DNA from: Corallochytrium limacisporum Hawaii
Lineage: Eukaryota > Protista > Pluriformea
Direction: 5' to 3'
Length of the DNA stretch: 64,000 nucleotides
Assembly (NCBI GenBank): GCA_002811645.1
Contig: PDIP01000039.1
Coordinates: 109,061-173,060, forward strand
This document shows positions 45,144 through 55,638 of this stretch, piece by piece. Under the pieces are notes generated by a model that was not told the origin of the DNA, did no database searches, and saw only the letters and a program-made list of their open reading frames with translations. Made by a program: the position numbers and the translations under genes. Position 1 is the first letter of the stretch. Each line of letters opens with the position of its first letter.

Positions 45144-46829
45144 TCACTTTCCAATGTCCTCCTCTTCGGCAATAATCACTGTCTTCGCTAAGTCATCCAG
45201 GGCTTTTCGTCCGGCTTCATCCATGTTCAGATCAATAATCTCGTCCATGGACGGCAGAGCCTTACGCGGAAGAATCAAGCCGTTGACATTGGCCTGGCGC
45301 AGTTGTTCCTCGATCTGCTTCTCGTGCTCTTGGCTCATGCGCTCAAAGTCTTCCTCACTGATGACCCGGAAGTGACTGAGCACACCGTAGGCCTGCGGAA
45401 TGGTACCCACAAACACTGGTGTGACACGGTGCTGGAACATAATCGGCGTTCTGTCCGCACGGCGCATCACTTCCACGCCCACCCAAGGCTTGCCGGTTTT
45501 TGTTGTGTAGTTAATGGAATTGAACTTGTAGGCAAACTGCAAGTACCGTGAGCCCAATAGTCCCACTCCGACGGACATGATCTTCTTGTTGAGAATGTCA
45601 CGGCGGTTCAGACCGAGTACCATCTCCCAGACGTGGTCCACGTAGATGTAAGAATAATTTAGACTGTCGTAGACTTCGACAGCAACTATACTGGGCGCTT
45701 CCATTTCTTTTGGTATGTCCATGCATAGGGTTCCTGATGCGTACTTCATGTCGCCCCATTCTTTCTCAAGACTGCCATCACTAATGTGAGATGCACCTTC
45801 AACGGGAATACCGCTGCTGGCCGGGCTCTTGTTGTCCATGCTCGGGCCTTCGAAACTGCTGGCAAGACTAGTCTCCTTCAACCGACCGCGCAAAGACTCC
45901 ACTTCCTGTTCCAGAGCATAAATGTATTCCGCCGCCCGTGTCACAATAGTTGACTTCGTTGGGTTCTTTTCCAGACGCAGACTGGGCACCGCAGTTTTTA
46001 GATCCTCAAACCCGTTGCGCAAGCGTTCACGACTCCTCTGTTCTGATTTCTTATGGTTTTCTAGCTTGTCCAGAACTTCCGGTTCCGATGGACGAGGTGC
46101 ACCCTTGCGACGCAGGTCAATCTTGCCAGTTGATGACAGTCCCGTACCAGACCCTGTCGAACTGATAGATCCACGGGGGCCTCGCCCTGACGAAGCGGCA
46201 CCGGCCGAGCGAGCAGGCTGGTATTTGGCAGTGTGGTTCACTGGAGTAGCAAATACGTTGGTGTCAATGAGATCTGCTCCATATCCGTAGGGGGCAGAGG
46301 AGCCACCAGCCTGTAAAAAGAACTGACGTGGGTCCAGAATTTCATGGCCTGCCACTTCACTGTCGGTGACCCGGTTCTGTACATCATTTGACGCATAGCG
46401 TGGTGCCTTCTCCACCACACCGCTAACGAAATTCTGGAAATCATCTAGTGCAATGTTTTCAGGAATTGGCTGATCAGGCCGCAGACGGAAGTGGACAAAG
46501 TCATCGCCACTACTGACCACCAACACGGCCTGCCGTGCTGCGCTCGGTGTGTCGCGGATCTCGAAACCACGGTCTGTGAAGATCCTGACTGTATCTACAA
46601 AGCGGTCAAAAACCATGCGGGAAATCCTTGATTGTAACTGCTGCCATGACCAGTTCAGGTCAATTGCCAAAGGAACAGCAGTGTTGGAATCGAGATATCC
46701 ATCGTTTCGCAAAAGGGCAACATGGGCAAGGCCTTGCGGTGGATCATTCGAATTGAACATTGTGCCCGATACTCCAGCGTATGCCTCGGGAGAATGACCG
46801 TGTGTCAAACTAGCACTGACTTCTTGCAT
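45144..46829 (-). CDS. bHLH-ZIP transcription factor with an N-terminal DCX/ubiquitin-like fold and a C-terminal PAS domain
   Basis: bHLH NHKKSEQRSRERLRNGFEDLKTAVP..TKSTIVTRAAEYIYALEQE plus zipper. N-terminal VRIFTDRGFEI..VLVVSSGDDF is DCX-like. C-terminal YIYVDHVWEMVLGLNRRDILNK..GKPWVG..RRADRT..VTPV is PAS-like. First ATG at 46829. Confidence 0.85.
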   Translation of the reverse strand: MQEVSASLTHGHSPEAYAGVSGTMFNSNDPPQGLAHVALLRNDGYLDSNTAVPLAIDLNWSWQQLQSRISRMVFDRFVDTVRIFTDRGFEIRDTPSAARQAVLVVSSGDDFVHFRLRPDQPIPENIALDDFQNFVSGVVEKAPRYASNDVQNRVTDSEVAGHEILDPRQFFLQAGGSSAPYGYGADLIDTNVFATPVNHTAKYQPARSAGAASSGRGPRGSISSTGSGTGLSSTGKIDLRRKGAPRPSEPEVLDKLENHKKSEQRSRERLRNGFEDLKTAVPSLRLEKNPTKSTIVTRAAEYIYALEQEVESLRGRLKETSLASSFEGPSMDNKSPASSGIPVEGASHISDGSLEKEWGDMKYASGTLCMDIPKEMEAPSIVAVEVYDSLNYSYIYVDHVWEMVLGLNRRDILNKKIMSVGVGLLGSRYLQFAYKFNSINYTTKTGKPWVGVEVMRRADRTPIMFQHRVTPVFVGTIPQAYGVLSHFRVISEEDFERMSQEHEKQIEEQLRQANVNGLILPRKALPSMDEIIDLNMDEAGRKALDDLAKTVIIAEEEDIGK

Positions 46830-49029
46830 AGAGCAAGCTCTCTCAATATACTTCAACCGTAGCTCACTCTTTTTCAAAGTCGCGATAATAATCCGTTATG
46901 GGAATGGAATCAGAGATTGATCAGCTTTGATCCACCAAGTAGCTGCGGAAACTATCCTCTACATCATGGCCGGTTTCAACGGTCTTCTTCAGAAAGGTAT
47001 ATTCAAGGAAGAAAGGAGAAGAACGCGAAAGAGCAGATCAAGATTGATTCTTGTTTGGTACATCACGATCAACCGGCCGCCAAGAACACAAACAGACCTC
47101 ATTCTGACCGGCTATCGTTACACCGTACCGAACTGGCCACCGTATCTTCAGAAAAAGGATTTTCCCCTTCTCAATCCCCTGTGTTTGCTACCGTCTTGCA
47201 TTCGCAAAGACCACCACAATAAAAAGTGAGAGGGAGAGAGAAAGACCCCCCGGTGGGGGGGGGAGGGAAGGGGGAGAGACAGCAGGGGAAGGTGGGGAAG
47301 GACCCCCGGGGGGGGGGAGAGGGGAATTCGAACCCAAGGCCACAAAGCCCGCGGGAACAACACAGCAGGAAATGCAATAGAAAACCACCTCCCAAGAAAC
47401 ATACGGGAACCGGCACCAGTTAAAAGTTTTCGTTTATCTCTTCGTCTCGCAGTTTGCAATCTTTTTCCCCCAGTCCCCGGGAGCAAGGCGGGGGAGGGGG
47501 GAGGGAGGGAGAATCTTGGCTGCACTCTGGCTTCACTCTCGCTTAACCCCCTCTCACTTTCTCTAAATTTTTCTTTTCTTTCTTTTCGTGGAATCCCATT
47601 GCAAGACCTTTTTTTTTTGCTGTCCACAACACCGTAGAAGTTTATAACGACAGACACAGGTCTGTCCTCCCCCTCCTCCTTGGAGGGGGGGGAGCGGGGC
47701 CTCCATTTCCCTTTTCCTTCTTCATTTTCTTCCCTTTTTTTCTCTGGGTCTCTTTTCTTGTCGTGTCCTTATCTTGCGCGTCCCACTGGCCCGTTTTGTC
47801 TGTTACCCACCAAACAGTCCCTTCCCTTCTTTGCCCCTTTGTTGTGCCAACACGAGTTTTTTTGTCTGTCGCTCTCTCTCTCCCTTCTTCTTCTTCTTCT
47901 CTATCCAACCCCTCTCTATTTCTGGCGAGGGTGGGCTTCGTCGATCTGACGCACACAGCCCCCCCCCTTCTTCTCTTTCCTCTTTTTATTAGGGCCCTTC
48001 AGTATGTGACGGTGCAGGAACTGTGCAACTGAAATCGCTCGTCGATGTCAGTGTTTTCCGTCTCCCCTGTGCCCGTCTCCTCCCCCCCCTAAACACCAAG
48101 TCTCCCCCACGGAAGTTCTCCCCTCTTTGTGCTCAAGAGAGGTAACCCCCTACCCCCCCCCCAGCAGCATCAGCGAGTACGTAAACTCTTGTGCCATACT
48201 TATCGCATTTGTCAAGTCTTTCTTCGTAGGATCTTCCCCCCCCCTTCTCGGCTTCTCATTCACAGCGTGGCGGACCGGACCGCACACGGAAGAAAACGAA
48301 AACCCTGCCCTTTCCCCCCTCCTTCTCCTCCCACCTTCTTCTTCTCTTCTTCTTCTCACCTTCTCCGCCTTTTTTTTGGCTGGCCTTATCCTCCCCACTA
48401 CACTACCGCGTCGTAAGCCAGATGGTTGCCTTCCCGGTTCTCAAGACCCGGTGTCCTGTGCTAAAAAAGATGGAAAGAGATTTGAGAAGGTGAATTAAGC
48501 ATAAGCAGCGGAAGGGGAAATGATGATCAAACCGACGAAGTCAACCAAGGTTGGGAGGATGTCTTGTGACCATCCCCAAGTCCAAGCTTCCGCTTTCCCT
48601 CTTGCTTCGAACGTGTGGGCCACCCCCCCCCCCCTGGGGACCACCCTTCCCCCGTCCCGCCATCCCCCGCGGCCGCGGCCGCTGATGCGCGCCGGCTCGG
48701 GCGTGTGGATGCTCAAAATTTCGCATATACGCCGCTTCGGCCATGTGGCTGTTTTTGTCCCCGTTGTCAAAACATTGCTTATAACGCGCCTCTTTCTGTT
48801 GTGCTGGTGATAAAAAAAACTTTGTGAGTCAGTCCCGGGTAAAAGCGAGGGGAGAAGGGGGAGGGAGCGGGGGGATGTGTTGAGGCCATAAGAACTTGCG
48901 CAGGAACCCAAAAAATGACAGTCGTATCAGACAAGATTGGGTACCGCTAACCAGACCTGCTCTTGGGGACACCAAGCCTGGATGATCACACATGGCTCAA
49001 GAAGAGGATCAGTTTTCAAACAAAAAGAC

Positions 49030-49083
49030 CCCTCGGGCCTTACCCCCGTGGCCAACAAACCCTCGGGCCTTACCCTGTAGCCA
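49030..49083. repeat. Two-copy ~30-bp direct repeat (core CCCTCGGGCCTTACCC)
   Basis: Core present at 49030 and 49060. Confidence 0.85.
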
Positions 49084-49269
49084 TTTGAAGTCACTGCGGT
49101 CTCTAATCTTTTTCATTCTCAGCAACTGTGGGTCCCCAGTTCAGTGTAATTCCTAGACTCTTACTTTCGGTGGTGCGTCCACCCTCTCACTCTTTTTCAA
49201 GCCTTGTGCTAAGTGCAAGTCCGGGGAATAAGACTCGTATTTATATACCTAATGTATGAAACTTTATCC

Positions 49270-50300
49270 AATATTATGAAGTATAGTCGTGTCTTCATCC
49301 TTTGGTATTGGTTGCCACACTCTCCTTTCCGTTGCCGCACTTCTCGTCGCTCCTTCGCCTCTTTTGTCAAGGTAGATGCCCTTGTTTACCTTCCTTACCA
49401 TCAGTATAAATTGACTATAGACCTTCGTGTGCTCTAGGATGCAATACAGCCAATTCATTATCGCACTCCAATTCCCACCATACAATGGGAGATAGATGAA
49501 AGAAAAAAACAAATACAAATTGTATGCTTTAAAAAAGGGGCCGTTTCAGTAATGTCTCCTTGTCCCTTGCTCTGCCATCCTGTGTTTGGTCCGTTGGCCG
49601 AAGTAGTCCTGCGTTGCCGGTCGTAGTGTATGCATTGCTTTACTAGCGCGCACGGGAATGTTTGCACACAGCGAACGGATTGATGGCCGGGTGAGTCCAC
49701 CGTAGTTTCACAATTGTCCGTCTTTGCCAGCTTGGGACTACATTGACGCACTGAGATATTTCAGTATATTTAATATGGGAAAATGGACACTTTCCAGGAA
49801 CCTAGGGGTTGAAAAGGGGGTGGGGGGAAACGAAAAATTTTGTACCTTGTTCACTTCATTTCCTCAGAGATTGTACATGGTGTTCTCGTTCTCGCTGAAT
49901 CTATATATCACTCTCGGTCTATTAATATTGACTCTTAGTTTTCCTCGCCATCCGGCGGGATGGGCGGGATGTATCATGGTGGTTCCCCTGCTGGCCCCAA
50001 CTTGCAATCCAATCCATCTGGGCTGATCCACTCAGGCCGTGTCCATGCCTCGTACTTGAAAACTGGGTACAAAAGATAGCTGAATATGGAAAGTGTTATT
50101 GTGACAAAGGCAGGCACCTGTCCCTTAAGCTATGCGAGAGTGTGGAGGACGTCCTAGAGTGTTTGAAGATCAAAACTGATGATCCCCGTGGAAAAAATTA
50201 TCTTCAAAGAGTGCGTCTTTCCTCATCTCGCTGGTATGCGTTTACTATACAATTATATTGCCGCGGCAATGGCCCGGGTTTAATTCCGGGGAGCTATTGC
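49270..50300 (-). mobile_element. Decayed Ty1/copia RT-RNase H fossil (minus strand)
   Basis: RDEERRTL, ILKYLS~ILKYLKG, RRTTS..GWQSKGQ~RRSTS..SWQSKKQ, PLYGGNWSAI..EHTK~LYCDNQSAI..ERTK, RKVNKG. Confidence 0.6.
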
Positions 50301-50467
50301 TGTAATCGACTCGTTTCCTGTCGAAACCCGGTACCCTCGAGTTATGGCCAGTTCTAGTTGCTACTTGATATGCTTGGAATATCGATGACGACAATTTTTT
50401 CTCATCCGTTTTCTCTCCTCCCAAGGGAGAAAATGACGGATAGAGATTTCCCGTACCCCCTTCTCCC

Positions 50468-50474
<7 letters not shown>

Positions 50475-50508
<34 letters not shown>
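50475..50508. repeat. (CT)n microsatellite
   Basis: Directly visible. Confidence 0.95.
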
Positions 50509-50510
<2 letters not shown>

Positions 50511-51869
50511 TTTGTGGCCTAATTACTTCTCTCCGGCTATGGGGGCATGCCCTCACTGACTGAAATGTGTTGGTTATGAAGAAATTGAGGAAAAAAGAGT
50601 GGGGACAGAGAGGACAAAGCGAGAATGCAAAGAGCCAGCAGACAGAGCAGAAGCGGACGAACCGCAGCTGCGTGATTTGGTCGGGTTGTTGCGGTATGCT
50701 GGCCCATAGTGCGTTTACTAGGAAGTTGCGACGATGGTGTGCATATTGAGATTTTCTTCGTCCGCTGTGCGTGGCGAGTCGCACTGAAACCGCACTATTG
50801 TGCAGTGTTCTTCCTGAGTAGCGGGGTGTGCCAGACTCTGTCCACGTTAACGTGGTTTAAGAAGTTTGGTTCGTTCACTACCACAGACTTCACTCTTGTC
50901 CGAGACTGTCCGGTGTCTAGGAGATCTCAAACCTGCAGGCTGGAAAATCGAACCCACGAAGAGAAAAGAGGAAAATAGGAATGAAGAGAGATGGCAGAAA
51001 CTTTAAATTCTTCTCTTGCCTCCTTCATTCTCTCGCTTCTTTCTCTATGTTCCGAGCTTTCGGTCTCAATGGCTCAGTGCAGTAGCTATCGTCATTGCCA
51101 TCTCATTCGCGGGCGATCCCTCAACAGCAACAGATTCTTATAAATAACTGCCGACGAAAATGTTTTTATAAACCCAGTCGGTACAACTGGTTTTGGTAGA
51201 TGCAGATGTCGAGGTCGATTTATAGTGGAGTCTCGAAATATTGGTAGGTTTGGGTGTGTTCGCCGGGAAACGAGGACCCTTCCTCCTCCTCCTTCTTAGA
51301 AAAATTACGGTCCCCTGGCCAATCTTTCTTCATTTTGATCCAGGCGTTAGATCCAAAGGACAAGAACATACCTCGGAGCACGCCTGTGCGATGTGGAATG
51401 AAAGTTGTCTGATGAAGGAGGTGCACAGAATGCCTATTTGATACTCCCAAATTAGTAGCCTCATCAACACACCGAGAATACTCACTTGGGCACGAATATT
51501 CAGGGTGGATCCAGCATGCCAGCAAGAGAGCCCGTGTAGGCAGGCGATGTGTCCAAAGTTGCAGGTTTGCCTTGTTAGGGTTTTATGCTACGAGCGAAAT
51601 GGGAACATGTTCCAGTCACGCTTGGGTGCCATGTATATGTCCGCACCGGAAGCTAATCTCTGAAAATGATTTGTGGACGTTGGCTATAGACAGACCATGG
51701 CGCTTTTCGAAACCGTTCGCTGACAACGAAGAAACTTGCGTGCCTGAAGGGCGTCCCCCGCGCCCCCCCCCCCCTTCCCGCGGCGGGCCCTGGGGGGAAG
51801 GGAGGGGGGGGGGAACGATTCGCAATTGTAGAACTCGAGAGAACTAGCTGGTTCTTTGGCACGCTGACA

Positions 51870-52510
51870 ATGGGCAGACATTTTGCGCGCCTTCTGCATT
51901 TCTTACAGTACTATTGTTTGCGTGGGTTCAAGAAGGATCGAAGGAGAATGCCTGAAACGGAATGGATCGCGGGAGTAGACTGCGTTGATTCCCATGGCGA
52001 GGGAGATATTTATGCTGGGTGTTGGGGAAGAGGGTGTGATTCCGTGACGAGATCGATTCTCATAGTACCACGGTTTGGGGTTGTGCGTCATCAATAGCCA
52101 TGCAGACTGCGCATGCCCTTCAGTCCTACACGACTTGGAGCTTAGTGACAGAGACGGAAATAGGAAGAAATTTTGTGAAGGAGCCTTTGGACATGTGCCC
52201 ATCGTGATGATTCTCTACAGTAGCTTGGCTATTCGATCCCCTGAATCCGCACGCCCAAACGTCGTCGTTGTTTCGGCCTTGTGTAATTTGGGTGAGGATG
52301 TGGCTTTTATGTCATTGAAAAAACCTGCATATGGCTCATCTTCTAAACATCTTGATGTTAGATGCAAAAAGCCGCAAGAGAACGGAAAGGCAGGGTCATC
52401 AGTCCGAGAGCACGAAAGTAATCTAACGTCGCTGTTCATAAACTTGCATTTCGATAGCCAGATACTGCAAGCAAAAATCCGCGAAGTTCTTCCGAATACC
52501 ACAGCCTGAC
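51870..52510 (+). mobile_element. Decayed Ty1/copia RNase H fossil
   Basis: ARLLHFLQ~KRILRYLK, KKPAYGSSSKHLDVR~KNPVFHSRTKHIDVR, ENG..ESNLTSLFINL~EENLADLFTKAL. Confidence 0.5.
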
Positions 52511-53953
52511 AGAGGTGCGAGAAACCAACACCCTTAAGGAATGTGCTCAGTGTGAAATACCGAAGCGATGCAGGAACGAACCGACCGTTTGCACGACCCA
52601 AAGGGCCATCTCTTCTGAGCTTGGGAATGATCGTGCGATAATGAATGGCTTGCCATCTATTGTCTGATCAAATTGAGATGTCCACCGTCTCCTGGTGGTT
52701 TTTTGGTAGCAATTGGCAAACCGTCTGACCGGGGTCAGAAATTTGTGAAGTTAGTGATCATGGGTATTATTGCCATAGATATCACAAAGACGAACGAGAG
52801 TTACAAGCATCTCATCACTCAGCTTCTGCAACGACGGCCAAACAAATTGGGCACCGCTGCCGGAATAGGAGGGCCTGTAAGGAGGGGGCAGCAGCGCCGA
52901 TCGAACCTTGGGCTCTGGTTGCGGCACTCGAACCTGTCTACCCTCCCAATTTTTCGTGCTAAAGACACAGGCGCAGCACAGGAAGCTCGTCCGATTCTAG
53001 GGCAAACCCTCCCGACCAGTACGCATTCCACACCAGAACTGTTCTCACCCATTTGCGGATCTCAGGCCTTTGTTGCCGTGATCCCAACCGCAAACGCACA
53101 GAAAGTAGCCTCCAACGGCAGGTGCTGTTGTTGGTTGTTCGACTTTTGGTAGTCCGGCCTCGTGTCTTTCCTAAGCATTTTGCAATGACACGAGCGGCAA
53201 TCGTGAGCGGGGCTTCATGCTGGATTCATGTCCATGTTTATGCTTAAGAACGTAACTGCTTAGCCCCACATGTGGAGGCCCTTGGCATGTATATTCGGTA
53301 TAATGCGTATAAGTATATGGCGACGCAGATTACTATCGGACCGGTTCATGACTTCGAAGTGTCACCCAAAATCAGGGGGCGGTACGCAACGCCCTCGGTG
53401 TTACCGGTACAAAGCAAAACAAGCGTGCTAAGTAAGTACCAACGCAACACCAGTTGCCCCGCTCCTCCCCCCGGGGGGCATCCTCGAGAATGGGCGGTTT
53501 CGTGTAAGTTCCTTGTTTGACTTTTAGGGATAGGATGCTTCCTCTTTCGCATTGGAAAATAAAACAGAATGCACTGGTGGCTTATATGCGTGCGCATCAA
53601 ATGACGAGGTGCTGACCAAGCATCTAGATACAAAGTTGAAAGTTGATGGCGGGGGGTGATACTCTTCAATGGCGAAAGGGTATTGACATCATTGATTAGC
53701 ACCGGCTGTTTTTGTTCGCCTCCCGTACTATCTTTACCCCATCGTTTGAAGATTTTACGAGGGCCCATCACCAGTGGGAAGGTCCCACCGCCGCCAGCCT
53801 GAACGGTTGATTGGCAACTGAAATTCATTTCAATTTTCATTCCTGGACCAGCGTCAAAAAAGCAATGCGTTCGGAGGCAACATTACCGCAGCTTGGGTCT
53901 TCTATCTCCAAGCTCGCCGTCTCGCTGAAATGGGCACATTCTGCCCCGGTTCA

Positions 53954-54004
53954 TGTGTGATCTTTTCTTGTTTTTTTTTTTTCCATTATTATTACACTTT
54001 TTGA

Positions 54005-54044
<40 letters not shown>

Positions 54045-54179
54045 GGAGCGGGTGGGACCGGGACCCTCNNNNNNNNNNNNNNNNNNNNNNNNNNNNNNNN
54101 NNNNNNNNNNNNNNNNNNNNNNNNNNNNTGTGTGATCTTTTCTTGTTTTTTTTTTTTCCATTATTATTACACTTTTTGA

Positions 54180-54241
<62 letters not shown>

Positions 54242-54265
54242 GGAGCGGGTGGGACCGGGACCCTC
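53954..54265. other. 60-nt assembly gap (54069-54128) with duplicated flanks containing (TC)n
   Basis: 53954-54068 is repeated at 54129-54265, differing only in TC repeat length. Confidence 0.9.
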
Positions 54266-54869
54266 CCACCTTTCTCTTTTTTTTCTTGCAGTCGTCCTTT
54301 CTTTACTCAGACCCGGCTCATAGGCCCCGCCCTCCTTTCAATAGTCTATTGTCGTTACGTTCCTATTTTACACAACCTAGTTTCCCATATATTTTACAAC
54401 CACCCCTTCGGAAAAATTCTTGGGCGGACAAAAGGGTCCACCACTCCCTGGGGCGGGGCACCCGCCAACGTTGTCGTATAATTTTGTTTCATCATTGCCT
54501 CCGTTCTCTTCCTTCCTTCCCCCCCCCCGGGGGGGGCCTCCTCTTTCTCTCTCCCCTTGTTTTTGGTCCTGTATGTATTCCTGGTATGGACAGGCGTGCT
54601 TACATTCGTTTTGTGAACCTGGCAAGGTTTCACTACGTCGGTGTGTATGCATTGCCTTCCTCGGCGCCAACGCACAAGGAACGCGGGGAATTTCGAGTTG
54701 GACAGCAAGCAAGCGAAACGATGGTTCCTTGACGGCCGGGGAGCTTGCAGAAACGATCGAAACAGCGATCACGCACGCACCAGCCATCAAACAGAACTGG
54801 TGAATCAAGAAGGCCTAGCCTGCGTCATGAATGCAGCTGATGATCAAACACAACCACAACCATGATCCC

Positions 54870-55250
54870 GCAAGAGAAACCCATATGGATTAAGAAGGTT
54901 GAGAGACCGTCAGTCGACCTCCTGTGAACCGCGGTGACCATGCGGTTGCCTGCCGCTAACGTGCGGCGCACTGTCCATGATTTAGGATGGCTGTAGGTGA
55001 CTACCAGGAGGATTACACTCCAAAATGACGGTTTCGGGTCATCGGCGGCGACAATGCTGCCAACGTAACCATCGCTTCCCACCAGTGCGTCACAGCTTGA
55101 TGGCAAGTCCCCTTGTTTCGAGCCCTCTACCGATCTCTCAATTGGTAGCAGCATGTTCAAGGGCACCATGTTTGGCTGCTGCTTAGGATGCCTGGTTTTC
55201 TAGGCGGTTTGGTTGCACTGCTACACAAAGTCCCTGGGAGTTGTTGTATG
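54870..55250 (-). mobile_element. Possible copia RT fragment
   Basis: LLPIERSVEGSKQ~LKLKKSLYGLKQ and LSTFLIHMGF~LSTFLISLGF; spacing irregular. Confidence 0.3.
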
Positions 55251-55638
55251 TCATCGTCGTGCCCGTGAGTGGGCAATGATGGGAGATCTTTTTAGGGTCC
55301 CCAAGACCTGTCCCGAACGTATTGATCAAGAGATAGACCAGACCTGGAATCAAGTGTCTTTTTCGTTTCCGTCAGAATGACGACGATGATGACCACGAGA
55401 TGATGGTGGCGATACGGGACAGAGTGCGACTTTACAACAAAAAAGACTCAAATGTTTCTGCGAATTCTCAAAAGTGGTACTACTACTAACTGCGCTAGAA
55501 GCTCAAATCGTTTAATGACTATATGTTAGGGCTAAGTTTGTTCAAACCAAAAGACCAAGAAAAGTAAGGGGATCGCAAAGTTGGGCCAAATTTGTGGTGT
55601 CAAAGGTGCAATACGGTCAGCGGCAATGTACATTCCAT

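Noticed and set aside
53954-54265. ~115-bp direct repeat around an N gap
   Set aside because: Most likely a scaffolding overlap artefact from an unresolved (TC)n length.
55484-55498. TACTAAC..TAG branch point and acceptor on plus strand
   Set aside because: No plausible downstream exon; lies antisense just past the ALDH 3' end.
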